NCBI GenBank assembly: GCA_039028615.1
Contig: JBCCHT010000003.1
Span: 288,001 to 352,000 of the forward strand
Direction: 5' to 3'
Origin: Myxococcota bacterium
Lineage (GTDB): Bacteria; Myxococcota_A; Polyangia; Nannocystales; Nannocystaceae
DNA length: 64,000 nt
Shown: piece by piece, positions 9,747 through 18,896 of the stretch
Layout: each line of letters starts with the position of its first letter
How positions within the stretch are numbered: the first letter of the stretch is position 1
The notes under the pieces: model-generated
Databases searched by the model: none
Told to the model about the DNA's origin: nothing
Seen by the model: the letters and a program-made list of their open reading frames with translations, nothing else
Position numbers and translations under genes: made by a program

Positions 9747-10427
9747 ATGGGTCGACCACAACGCCGAGAGCGGGAACGTCAGCGTCGCCGCGAAGAGATC
9801 TGGGCCGCCGCCGAGCGAGTGTCGTCGGCCCACGGCTACGCGGGCTCCACCATGCAGCAGATCGCCGACGAGGCCGAGCTCAGCAAGGGCACGCTGTACC
9901 TGCACTTCGACAGCAAGGCCGCGTTGTTCGGCAGCGTGCTCGAGCACGAGCAGCTGCGATCGCTGCGGCGTGTGCAGGAGGCCGCAGCCGAGTCCACCAG
10001 CGGCCTCGCGCGACTGTGGAAGGTCGGCCTTGCCTACTGCGAGTTCATCGATCTGCACCCCGGCTTCGCCCGCTTGTTGCTCAGCCTCACCGCCATTCCC
10101 GGCGTGGCCGCGGACGAAGATGGCCTACTCACCGAGACCTTCCTCGACGCAGAGCGGCAGGAGGCCCAGCTCGTTCGGGAGATCATCGCGGCGGGTCACG
10201 AAGACGAGACGCTACGTCCAGAGCTGACGGCACCGCAATTCGAACGCCTCTGGTTCAGCCTGTTGGCGGTGCATGCCTCCGAGACGCTCTCACAGTTGAT
10301 GCCTACGCTCGCGCCCGGCGAGACCGTCCGTGAGCCGGACCCGCACGCCGTCCTCGACCATATGGAGGCCCTGTTTCGCGGGTGGGCCACTCGACCCGAA
10401 GATGTTTCACGTTTGCGCCGCGCTTGA
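9747..10427 (+). CDS. TetR/AcrR family transcriptional regulator
   Basis: RRREEIWAAA...GYAGSTMQQIADEAELSKGTLYLHFDSK HTH. Alternative ATG at 9720. Confidence 0.93.
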   Translation: MGRPQRRERERQRRREEIWAAAERVSSAHGYAGSTMQQIADEAELSKGTLYLHFDSKAALFGSVLEHEQLRSLRRVQEAAAESTSGLARLWKVGLAYCEFIDLHPGFARLLLSLTAIPGVAADEDGLLTETFLDAERQEAQLVREIIAAGHEDETLRPELTAPQFERLWFSLLAVHASETLSQLMPTLAPGETVREPDPHAVLDHMEALFRGWATRPEDVSRLRRA

Positions 10428-10510
10428 TCGTTTCACTCGGCGTCGCTCGTTCCTCTCCTCATCCCACGACTGTGCCACCGTATCGTGGCGCTCCCCATCG
10501 ACGAATCACC

Positions 10511-11332
10511 ATGCGCATCCCATTGGTTACGGCTTTGTTGTGCCTTCTTCCGCTTTCCTGTGCCCACGGGCCCACGCCCGCGAGGACCCAGCCCGACGCC
10601 GCGAGTCACGAGGCCCAGCCCGGCCACGAGTGGAGCTACGAAGGCGAGGCGGGTCCCGAGCACTGGGCCGAGCTCGAGGGGGCCGAGTGCTCCGGCCAGC
10701 GGCAGTCGCCGATCAACATCATCGAGACGAATACCGTGTTCACCGAGCAGACCGTCTCGGACGCGGGGGAGCTGCACTACGCCGAGTCCACGCACATCGA
10801 GTCGGTGACCAACAACGGCCACACCATTCGCTACGACTTCCGTCCGGGTGACAACTACTTGCGCGCCGAGGACCAGCGCTTCGACCTGATGCAGGTCCAC
10901 TTTCACGCGCCGTCCGAGCACACCATCAACGGGGTTCGTTATCCGCTCGAGATGCACCTGGTGCACCGCACCGACGACGGTGACTTCCTGGTCTATGCGA
11001 TCCTGGCCCAGCAGGGAGAGCCGAGCGCGGAGGCCCAGTTCCTCACTCGCCACCTTCCAGTACAGCCGGGGGAGAGCCGCCCCGTGGCCGAGAGCCACAC
11101 CTTCGAGGATGGCGGCGACTCGACCTTCTTCTACTACGAGGGCTCGCTGACCACTCCGCCGTGCACGGAGCGAGTGCACTGGGTCGTGTTCCGCGAGCCG
11201 GTGTCCGTGGGTGAAGAGCAGCTGGCCACGCTGCAGACGTTGATGCCGAAGGACAACTACCGCGATGCTCAGCCGCTCAATGGGCGCACCGTGTATCGCG
11301 GACACGAGCCGGCCGAGTCCTCGGGCGATTGA
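10511..11332 (+). CDS. cah: Alpha-class carbonic anhydrase, lipoprotein
   Basis: WSYEG..GPEHW, QSPINI, QVHFHAPSEH, EMHLVH, GSLTTPPCTE and NYR..QPLNGR. Lipobox PLSC. Confidence 0.95.
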   Translation: MRIPLVTALLCLLPLSCAHGPTPARTQPDAASHEAQPGHEWSYEGEAGPEHWAELEGAECSGQRQSPINIIETNTVFTEQTVSDAGELHYAESTHIESVTNNGHTIRYDFRPGDNYLRAEDQRFDLMQVHFHAPSEHTINGVRYPLEMHLVHRTDDGDFLVYAILAQQGEPSAEAQFLTRHLPVQPGESRPVAESHTFEDGGDSTFFYYEGSLTTPPCTERVHWVVFREPVSVGEEQLATLQTLMPKDNYRDAQPLNGRTVYRGHEPAESSGD

Positions 11333-11401
11333 ACCTCTCGAAGCGGCGCGGCGAGGTGAGGGCGACGGCCCTCAGCGACTGGGGTGATCGGTGCTCGGGA
11401 A

Positions 11402-11455
11402 TGAAACCGGGGGCCGACTTCGATCGTTGGGAACCCGTTGGCTCCTGGGTCGTAT
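11402..11455 (+). promoter_or_regulatory. Two tandem ECF-sigma-type promoter motifs
   Basis: TGAAAC...CGTT (AAC-N17-CGT, 11402-11428) and GGAACC...CGTA (AAC-N16-CGT, 11430-11454), about 200 nt upstream of the TPR gene. Confidence 0.5.
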
Positions 11456-11652
11456 AACGCCTTGGAATCGCCGTCCGTGGCGGTTTCACCCGGTCCACCC
11501 TTACGTCCAAGTACTTCGAGAGCACCCCGGAGGTGAGCGGCGACGCCCCCTGGGATGGCTCGGCGCGGTCTCCATTCATCCTCGGCGCGCGGGGTTGATC
11601 GAGCATCGGGTCGGGTCGCGCCGATCCGTGTCGCCGCCAGAGGAATCGTCGC

Positions 11653-14600
11653 ATGTCCATGTGCTCGAATGCCGCCGTGCTCGCACGGCGGGTCAAATCG
11701 TCGCGCCCGCTGCCGCTCGTGCGGCTGAGCTGGCTGGTCGCAATCCTGTGGGGAGTCGCCAGCGTCGCCGTGGCCGCAGAGCCCAAGTCCAAGCTCCGCT
11801 ACGGCCGCAAGGTCGACAAGGTCCGCACCCGCGGCGAGCTCGATGCCAAGTTCAAAAAGGCGCTCAAGGAGGCCGAGGAGGCCAAGCGCAACGGCAATGC
11901 GCCCTCCATGACGGGCGTCCAGCTGCCCCGCAAGCGCACCGACATCACGCTGGCCGCCATCGATGCCCAGCTGCTCACCATGCGAGCGCTGATCGAAGAG
12001 GCGGGCCCCGACGACAAAGAGTATCCCGAGTTCTTGTTCCGCTACGCCGACCTGCACCTCGATCGCAAGGCGATCCTCGAGGACCAGGCGGGGGCGCTCT
12101 TCGAGCGGATCCACGAGCTGAAAGAGGCGGGCAAGAAGGACGCGGCCAAGCAGGCCCGCGCCAAGCAGGCCAAGCTGCAGCGCATGGCCAAGGAGGCCAG
12201 CGAATCGGCGGCCAAGGCCTACGGGGCGCTGGCGGGCGGCGAGCGCTGGTCCAAGTGGCACCGCATGGACGAAGCCCTGTACTACTACGCGTTCGAGCTG
12301 GGGCAGCTGGGGCGTGAGGCGAAGATGCAGGAGGTCTTCGTGCAGCTGCTGCGCGACCACCCCACCAGCCGCTTCGTGCCGCAGGTCTTCATCAGCTTCG
12401 GTGACCAGCGCTTCGAGGCGGGCAAGGTCGACGACGCGCTCGCGCTCTACCAAAAGGTCATCGACGGCTACAAAGACAGCCCCGTGTACGCGTATGCCGT
12501 CTACAAGTCGGCCTGGTGCTACCTCAACCCGGTCGGGACGGCCGAGCCCGACTACGCCCGTGCGCTCGAGCGCTTCGTCGCCACCGTCGAGGCCACGCTC
12601 GAGGGGCGGGCGGGCAGCGAGGCCAACGGCGCCCAGCTCCGCCGTGATGCCCGGCGAGACATGGTCTTGGCCTACGTGCACGCGGCCAAGCCCTCCAAGG
12701 CGTGGGACTTCTTCGGCAAGGTGGGGCGGGGGCCCACCGCCGACCAGGAAATGCGCCGCGAGATGATGGTGCGCCTGGCCGCCACCTACTTCGGCGAGGG
12801 CATGTATGTCGAGTCCACCGCCACCTATCACCGCCTCCGCGACGAGCTGCCCGAGGACGCCGACCGCTGCGAGTGGCAGTACCGCGTGGTCATCAACGCC
12901 TTGGCCACCGACGACCCGAAGATCCAGTGGAAGGAGACGCAGGCGCTCAGCCTGGAGTGGGAGCAGATGAGCGGCAGCGATCAGCCCAAGCGCGTGCGCA
13001 AGGGGTGCCGCGATCACGCTCACGATTCCCTGCAGCGCATGGCCACGGTGTGGCACGAGGAAGGGGACAAGACCCACCGCCCAGAGATCTTCTCCTTGGC
13101 CGACCAGGCCTACGGCGAGTATCTGAAGCGCTTCCCCAAGTCCAAGTCGGCCTACGAGATGCAGTACTGGCACGGCGAGCTGCTGTGGCAGTACGGCGAG
13201 ATGCTCTACGACGATCGCGATCGGTCCGCGCAGGAGCGCGGCCGGGCGATGTTCCGCTCCGCCCACGACGCGTTCGTGCGTTCGCTCGAGATGAAGCCCA
13301 AGGGCAAGCACAGCGGTGAGGCGGCCTACGCCCAGATGCTGAGCATGAAGAACTACCTCGAGTACGACGAGACGGGCGGCAAGGGGCGGGCATGCAAGCC
13401 GCAGAGCGACGGCACCTGCGTCTACGCCACCTCCAACGACCGACGCACGGGCAACGACGAGCGGCTCGACGCCTCCGATCGATTCCCGATCAAGCCGTAT
13501 ACCGAAGACGAGACGCTCATGCTCGAGGCGTACGCGCGCTTCGAGAAATACGCCGAGGTCGCGGCCAAGGCCCATCCCGAGGAGGCGCCCAAGATCCTCT
13601 TCCATCGCGCGGTGCTCATGGTCGAGCACAACCGCTTCGACGAGGCTCGGCCCGTGCTCGAGGCCTTGATCGAGCAGCACGACGGCACCGTGTTCTCCGT
13701 GTGGGGGGCCGAGATGCTCATCGACACGCTCACCATCGCCTGGGCCGATACCCAGCAGACCCCGGAGCAGATGGTGAAGTCGGGCAAGGAGCTCGAGACC
13801 TGGGTCCGTCGCCTCGAGACGATGAAGCTGTACCGCCATGCGCAGGCCAAGACCCTGCGGGAGCACGCCCCGAGCCTGCTGGCATCCATCGGCTGGCGCG
13901 AGGCCGAGAACTGCCACGCGCAGGCCCAGCGCGGCGAGCAGTCCGAGAGCTTCGGCCGCTGTGCGCGGCTGTATCTCGACATCTACGACGAGCACGAGGA
14001 TCACGATCGCGCCGACGAGCTGCTGTTCAACGCGGCCCGATCCTTCGAGGCCGGCCACGAGATGGGCAACGCGATCTTGGCCCGCAACGCGCTGCTCGAG
14101 CACCATCCCGAGTCCACGCTCGCCAAGCAGACCCTGCGCGAGGTCGGCGAGAACTACCACGCCATCGCTTTTTACGACCGGGCGGCGCAGCGCTACGAGC
14201 AGTACGCCGAGCAGTATCAGGGCGACGACTACTCGGGCACGGCGCTCGAGAACGCGTTCCTGTTCCGCCTGGGCCTGGGCCAGAGCAACGAGGCGGCCGA
14301 CGACCTGAAGCGCTACGAGGGACTCTATCGTCGCAAAGACCCCAAGCGTGCGGCCGGCATCTTCTGGGCGCGCCACGACCTACTCGCCGATCCCGACGAG
14401 CAGCTGAAGCACGCCGAGGACTACATCCAGACCTACGGCAAGCGGGGCGGGGCCGATCGGCTCGCGGTGGCACACGCCACCGCCGGGCAGGTGCTGTGGC
14501 GCCGTTCATGTCCCAAGACGCTGCTGGGGGACGTCTGTGCCTCCATCAAGCGCGAGCGAGCGACGGTGGGCGAAGACACCCGGCAGCAGGCGGCGGATCT

Positions 14601-15402
14601 TCGTCGTCGCAACGGGCGGGCCGCCATTCCCAAGCGCTGCGGCACCTCGACCCAGGGCGTGATCACGGTGCATCGCCGCGATCCCAAGCTGGCCGCGGCG
14701 GCGCAGAAGCACTTCGACCGGGTGCTCACCCTCGCCAAGCGAGCCGAGCCCCCGGCCGACGATGCCGACCGTGCGACCGCCTACCGCGACGCGGTGGGGT
14801 CGGCGATGGTGTATCGCACCGACGCTCGCTACGAGGAGTACCTGCGCATCGAGATGCCGGAGAACCTCGACTTTTACATCGAGGAGTGGAAGAAGGGCTC
14901 CGGGCTCCCTCGCTACGAGCGTCAGTATCGGGCGCAGGTGGCTCGGGTCAAAGACACCCGCGAGCGGCTCCAGGCCTTCCTCGACTCCAAGACGGCCATT
15001 CGCGACGAGCTGATCGGCGACTACGGCAAGGTGCTCGACAGCGGGAGCCCGCACTGGGTGCTGGCCTCGGCCGCGCGCTCGGCCGTGGTGTTCCAGACCT
15101 TCGCCGACCAGCTGTATCGCGCCGAGGTTCCGCGGACGCTCAAGACCGAAGAGGCCTACGACGATTACTGCTTCGGTCTGGGAGACTACGCCCAGCCCTT
15201 GCAGGAGGCGGCGACCAACGCCCTGCGCTACTGCCTCGAGCGCTCCACGAAGTACCAGTACTTCAACGAGTTCTCGCGCATGTGTGAAGAGGAGCTCCAG
15301 CAGCGGTCCCCGGGCGAGTTCCCGGCGACCAACGAGATCTTCGGAGAGAGCGAATACACCCGGGCGCGGCTGGATGTCGCGGGGGTCCAGCTCGATCTGT
15401 AG
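11653..15402 (+). CDS. Large periplasmic TPR protein, AgmU/GltD-like
   Basis: 1249 aa with signal peptide and many TPR units (EALYYYAF, YAVYKSAWCY, ELLFNAARSFE, ALENAFLFRLGLG). Size and architecture resemble myxobacterial GltD. Exact start uncertain. Confidence 0.75.
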   Translation: MSMCSNAAVLARRVKSSRPLPLVRLSWLVAILWGVASVAVAAEPKSKLRYGRKVDKVRTRGELDAKFKKALKEAEEAKRNGNAPSMTGVQLPRKRTDITLAAIDAQLLTMRALIEEAGPDDKEYPEFLFRYADLHLDRKAILEDQAGALFERIHELKEAGKKDAAKQARAKQAKLQRMAKEASESAAKAYGALAGGERWSKWHRMDEALYYYAFELGQLGREAKMQEVFVQLLRDHPTSRFVPQVFISFGDQRFEAGKVDDALALYQKVIDGYKDSPVYAYAVYKSAWCYLNPVGTAEPDYARALERFVATVEATLEGRAGSEANGAQLRRDARRDMVLAYVHAAKPSKAWDFFGKVGRGPTADQEMRREMMVRLAATYFGEGMYVESTATYHRLRDELPEDADRCEWQYRVVINALATDDPKIQWKETQALSLEWEQMSGSDQPKRVRKGCRDHAHDSLQRMATVWHEEGDKTHRPEIFSLADQAYGEYLKRFPKSKSAYEMQYWHGELLWQYGEMLYDDRDRSAQERGRAMFRSAHDAFVRSLEMKPKGKHSGEAAYAQMLSMKNYLEYDETGGKGRACKPQSDGTCVYATSNDRRTGNDERLDASDRFPIKPYTEDETLMLEAYARFEKYAEVAAKAHPEEAPKILFHRAVLMVEHNRFDEARPVLEALIEQHDGTVFSVWGAEMLIDTLTIAWADTQQTPEQMVKSGKELETWVRRLETMKLYRHAQAKTLREHAPSLLASIGWREAENCHAQAQRGEQSESFGRCARLYLDIYDEHEDHDRADELLFNAARSFEAGHEMGNAILARNALLEHHPESTLAKQTLREVGENYHAIAFYDRAAQRYEQYAEQYQGDDYSGTALENAFLFRLGLGQSNEAADDLKRYEGLYRRKDPKRAAGIFWARHDLLADPDEQLKHAEDYIQTYGKRGGADRLAVAHATAGQVLWRRSCPKTLLGDVCASIKRERATVGEDTRQQAADLRRRNGRAAIPKRCGTSTQGVITVHRRDPKLAAAAQKHFDRVLTLAKRAEPPADDADRATAYRDAVGSAMVYRTDARYEEYLRIEMPENLDFYIEEWKKGSGLPRYERQYRAQVARVKDTRERLQAFLDSKTAIRDELIGDYGKVLDSGSPHWVLASAARSAVVFQTFADQLYRAEVPRTLKTEEAYDDYCFGLGDYAQPLQEAATNALRYCLERSTKYQYFNEFSRMCEEELQQRSPGEFPATNEIFGESEYTRARLDVAGVQLDL

Positions 15403-15420
15403 CGACGTCCGGTTCGGGGG

Positions 15421-15464
15421 CGCGGGGGGAGGTTCGCCGAGCGGGCCTTCCCCCGCGGCATTTT
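15421..15464 (+). terminator. Putative intrinsic terminator
   Basis: Stem CGCGGGGGGAGGTTCGC / GCGGGCCTTCCCCCGCG with G:U pairs, followed by ATTTT, 19 nt after the TPR gene stop. Confidence 0.6.
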
Positions 15465-15562
15465 CGACGGGTGCGTTCAGCCGATGTCGTGATCGGACAA
15501 CCGATTGTCAGGGTCGGGCACTGCTCGTCGGGGCGTCGAGAGGTCACGCTGAGGGCGTGTCG

Positions 15563-16324
15563 ATGCGTACCTTCTGTTTTCTGGCGTTGGCGTCCGTGTT
15601 CGGGGGCTGTCACGGCGGTTCCGCGTCCTCGGCTCCGGGTGCTGCGGACGAAGTCCAGGCCCCGGCGGCGGGCCTCGGGGAGCTCATCTATCGCGGGGAG
15701 GTCGTGCCCCAGGGTCACGACACCGTGGACTTCGTGTACGAGCGCTGGGTCTCGCATGGCGACGAAGAATGGACGAGCGCCCACCTCACGCGGGCGGCGG
15801 GGTCCGAAGCGCTGCTCGTGGCTCAGCACGCGGTGCACTCCCCGGACTACGCGCTGCGGCGCTTCGACGAGGTCCATCGCCAGACGGGCACCGTGAGTTC
15901 GGTGCTCGTGCACGAGGACGGCCGGGTCGACTACGAGACGACGCGGGGGGGTCGAGTGAAGCGGCGAACGGAGGCCGCCGGGGTCCCGGTCGTGGTCGGG
16001 CCGACCTTGTTCGGGTTCGTGCGTCGGCACTGGGAGGCCCTCGAGCGGGGCGAGGCGGTGCCGCTGCGCTTTGCCGCGGCCGATCGAGCCCGCAGCTACG
16101 GCTTCACGCTACGCCGGGGCGAGGCGGGCCCGGGGACCACTACGATCGAGATGGTGGCCGACCAGGCGCTGGTGCGATGGAGCGTCGGCCCGATGTTCAT
16201 GGTCTTCGACACGCAGCAGCGGACGATCGTGCGCTATGTCGGCCGGGTTCCCCCACGCCTGGACGAGCGACGGGCCATCGGGGCGAGGGTGGACTACGAG
16301 CAGGTCGCGACCGTCTACCGTTGA
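15563..16324 (+). CDS. Hypothetical lipoprotein
   Basis: MRTFCFLALASVFGGC lipobox, beta-rich body, GAGGG RBS-like upstream. Confidence 0.75.
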   Translation: MRTFCFLALASVFGGCHGGSASSAPGAADEVQAPAAGLGELIYRGEVVPQGHDTVDFVYERWVSHGDEEWTSAHLTRAAGSEALLVAQHAVHSPDYALRRFDEVHRQTGTVSSVLVHEDGRVDYETTRGGRVKRRTEAAGVPVVVGPTLFGFVRRHWEALERGEAVPLRFAAADRARSYGFTLRRGEAGPGTTTIEMVADQALVRWSVGPMFMVFDTQQRTIVRYVGRVPPRLDERRAIGARVDYEQVATVYR

Positions 16325-16349
16325 GAAGCTGATATCCTCCCGGCCTTCG

Positions 16350-17339
16350 ATGGTCGCCTGGATCCCGGCTGCCGTGCTCCTGCTGAGTGCCCCCGAGGTG
16401 GAGCCCGAGGTCGTGGCGCGGGGAGCCTGTGACGACGGGGCGGCCTTGCGGCAGCGGGTCGATGCGTTGGTCCCTTCGCCTTTGCCCGTGGCCTCGGTAC
16501 GGCTCGAGGCACGACAGGTGGAGCCGGTGGTGTGGGAGGGCACGCTGCACTTCGAGGTGGAGGGCACCGCCCACGAGCGGGTGATGTCGGCCGAATCATG
16601 CGCGGCGCTATACGAGGCCTCGGCGCTGGTCATCTCGCTCGCCGTGCAGCCCATGCTCGAGCAGGGCCCGGAGACGCCACCCCCCGAAGTCGTGCCCGCG
16701 CCTCCGTCGGAGTCGGAGTCCGAGCGCGAAGCCGAGGCCGTGGCCGAGCCGCTGCGATCGGAAACCGAGTCCACACCGAGCCCCGGCGCCGACGCGTCGC
16801 GCCCCTCGCAGGACGCTCCGCCCTTGCGCGTACGCGGACGGGTGGGGGCCGGAGTCGCGGTGGGGCTATTGCACCCCGTCCACGCCACGACCACGTTGGG
16901 GGTGGACCTGGTGGGGTCGCGCTGGGCGGTGGCACTCGATGCGCACTACCTGCCGCCGATCGCCGACGAGCCCGCGACGGACGTGCAGATCACGATGCAG
17001 ATGCTGGCCTTCGGTGCCCGCGGTTGTGCGATCTGGCGCTTCGTCGACGAGCGCATCGCGGTACCCCTGTGCGCAGGGCTCGCGGCGGGTCCGGCCTTCG
17101 GTCGAGGCGAGGGCACGGGCCTGCAGGGACGGAGGGGTCGGCAGCCGTGGTTCGGTGTGCTCCTCGGGCCGCGATTGCAGCTGCATTCGCGCTGGGGCGG
17201 CGATCTGTGGCTGGCCACCGAGGTCGTGGCCCCCGTCCAACGGCTCAATTTCGTCGTTGGTTCGGTCGGAACGGTATGCTGTGAGCAACCTCTCGGGTTC
17301 ATGATGTCGGTGGGGGCGGCGTTTTCTGGGCCACGCTGA
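16350..17339 (+). CDS. Secreted protein: N-terminal Cys-containing domain, Pro/Glu linker, C-terminal putative OM beta-barrel
   Basis: Signal-like N-terminus and amphipathic Gly/aromatic strands at the C-terminus. Clearly homologous to 22368-23063 (G.R.C, P.C.G...G, RQPW). Confidence 0.7.
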   Translation: MVAWIPAAVLLLSAPEVEPEVVARGACDDGAALRQRVDALVPSPLPVASVRLEARQVEPVVWEGTLHFEVEGTAHERVMSAESCAALYEASALVISLAVQPMLEQGPETPPPEVVPAPPSESESEREAEAVAEPLRSETESTPSPGADASRPSQDAPPLRVRGRVGAGVAVGLLHPVHATTTLGVDLVGSRWAVALDAHYLPPIADEPATDVQITMQMLAFGARGCAIWRFVDERIAVPLCAGLAAGPAFGRGEGTGLQGRRGRQPWFGVLLGPRLQLHSRWGGDLWLATEVVAPVQRLNFVVGSVGTVCCEQPLGFMMSVGAAFSGPR

Positions 17340-17396
17340 CGGAATCGTCGCAGTCACGACATCCACCTCTTGGGCCCTTCGAGGCCCTTCGTCCCC

Positions 17397-17951
17397 ATGC
17401 CCGCGTCTGCGCCCACTGTCGATCCGCCGTCTACGGACCATGCGGATCGGCTCGCCATGGTCGAGCGGCTCTATGCCGAGCACCATGCGTTCGTGTGGCG
17501 CGTCGCGGGCCGTTTCGGGGTCGCGCCCGACGAGCGTGAGGACGTGGTGCAGGACGTGTTCGTCGTCGTCTACCACGCGCTCGATCGCTACGAGAACCGC
17601 GGGGCGATGACCTCGTGGCTGTTCGGGATTACCCGCGGCGTGTCTCGCAATCGCGTGCGCACGCAGAATCGTCGCCGCCGATCGCTACGCGCCCTGCCGC
17701 CCCCCGAGGCGGCGAACGATCGCACCACCGAGGACGTCGAGGCGGCGCAGATCCTCGAGCGCTTCTTGGCCACGCTGTCGCCCAACTCCCGCATGGTCTT
17801 CGAGCTGGCGGAGATCGAGGGCCTGACCGGTCCCGAGATCGCGGTGGCGACCAAGTGGAAGCTCAACACGGTCTACAGCCGGCTCCGCACGGCTCGCCGC
17901 GCCTTCACCCAGTTCACCCGCGACCACCTGAACGAGGACCGCCATGAATGA
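17397..17951 (+). CDS. ECF RNA polymerase sigma factor
   Basis: Region 2 EDVVQDVFVVV...SWLFGI. Region 4 RMVFELAEIEGLTGPEIA...NTVYSRLRTAR. Confidence 0.95.
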   Translation: MPASAPTVDPPSTDHADRLAMVERLYAEHHAFVWRVAGRFGVAPDEREDVVQDVFVVVYHALDRYENRGAMTSWLFGITRGVSRNRVRTQNRRRRSLRALPPPEAANDRTTEDVEAAQILERFLATLSPNSRMVFELAEIEGLTGPEIAVATKWKLNTVYSRLRTARRAFTQFTRDHLNEDRHE

Positions 17952-18849
17952 GCTCGAGCGTGTGCAGCAGCGCTGGCTAGACGCGGCGCGGAAGCAGCAG
18001 GGCCCGCCCCGCGACGCCGTGGCTCGCATGCGTCGGGGCCTGGTCAGTCGGATCGCGGCCGCCGAGCCCCCGCCCATCTGGCAGGCCGAGCCCATGGCCG
18101 AAGCCACGCCGGCCACGGCCCCCGTGCGCTGGGGCCCATGGCTGATGGGCGGCGGGGTGCTCTTGGCCGCGGCCACGGTCGCGGTGTGGATGGGGGTCCG
18201 ACCCACGCCCGAGCTGAGCCGTGCCGCCGATCCCAACGCGGCCGGCTACGGCGTCGAGTCGGGTCGGCACCAACGAGTTTCACCCGCGGTGCAGGGGGAG
18301 CCTGTCGCACCGCGGGTGCAGGGGGACGAGTCCCAGGGGGAAGCCGGGGAGGGTGGCGTAGCACCGGGAGAGGCAGTGCCATCCACCCCGGCTTCGGCCC
18401 CGGGTGCCGTGCCGTCGCGGGGCGGGGCGGCATCGGCCTCCGACGCTCGCCGAAGTACGCGCTCCGCCGCGAGCGAGAGCGACCCACCACCAGCGGCCGC
18501 CTCGGCTCCGCCTCCGATCGCGCGGCCGTCGGGAATGCCGACGCCCGCCGAGCAACCCGCCGAACAACCGGGGGCGGGTCTCGACGTCGCGGGAGAAGCC
18601 GCGCTGCTCAACCGGGTCAAGGTCGCCATCGATGCGGAGCAGTGGTCGGTCGCGGCGTCTCGGCTCGACGAGTATCAGCGCCGCTACGACGGCGGCGTGT
18701 TGGCCCCCGAGGCAGGCGCGCTCGACGTGGTGGTGGATTGCGGCCGCGAGGCGGCGGGGGCTCCGGGGCGAGCCCGTCGCTATCTGCAGCGGCACCCGAG
18801 CTCCTCGCTGCGAGAGCGCGTGCGTCGAGCGTGCAAGCTCGAGCCCTGA
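17944..18849 (+). CDS. Putative anti-sigma factor (1 TM, Pro/Ala linker, C-terminal TPR-like domain)
   Basis: Overlaps the sigma gene. TM GGGVLLAAATVAVWM. C-terminus EAALLNRVKVAI...EYQRRYDGGVLAPEA...C...HPSS is typical of myxobacterial ECF partners. Confidence 0.72.
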   Translation: MNELERVQQRWLDAARKQQGPPRDAVARMRRGLVSRIAAAEPPPIWQAEPMAEATPATAPVRWGPWLMGGGVLLAAATVAVWMGVRPTPELSRAADPNAAGYGVESGRHQRVSPAVQGEPVAPRVQGDESQGEAGEGGVAPGEAVPSTPASAPGAVPSRGGAASASDARRSTRSAASESDPPPAAASAPPPIARPSGMPTPAEQPAEQPGAGLDVAGEAALLNRVKVAIDAEQWSVAASRLDEYQRRYDGGVLAPEAGALDVVVDCGREAAGAPGRARRYLQRHPSSSLRERVRRACKLEP

Positions 18850-18896
18850 TCGCCACCGTGGCTGACGGATCGTGCGTGGTCGCGACACTCACTGGC

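Noticed and set aside
11269..14376. 1035-aa minus-strand ORF
   Set aside because: Antisense shadow of the TPR gene.
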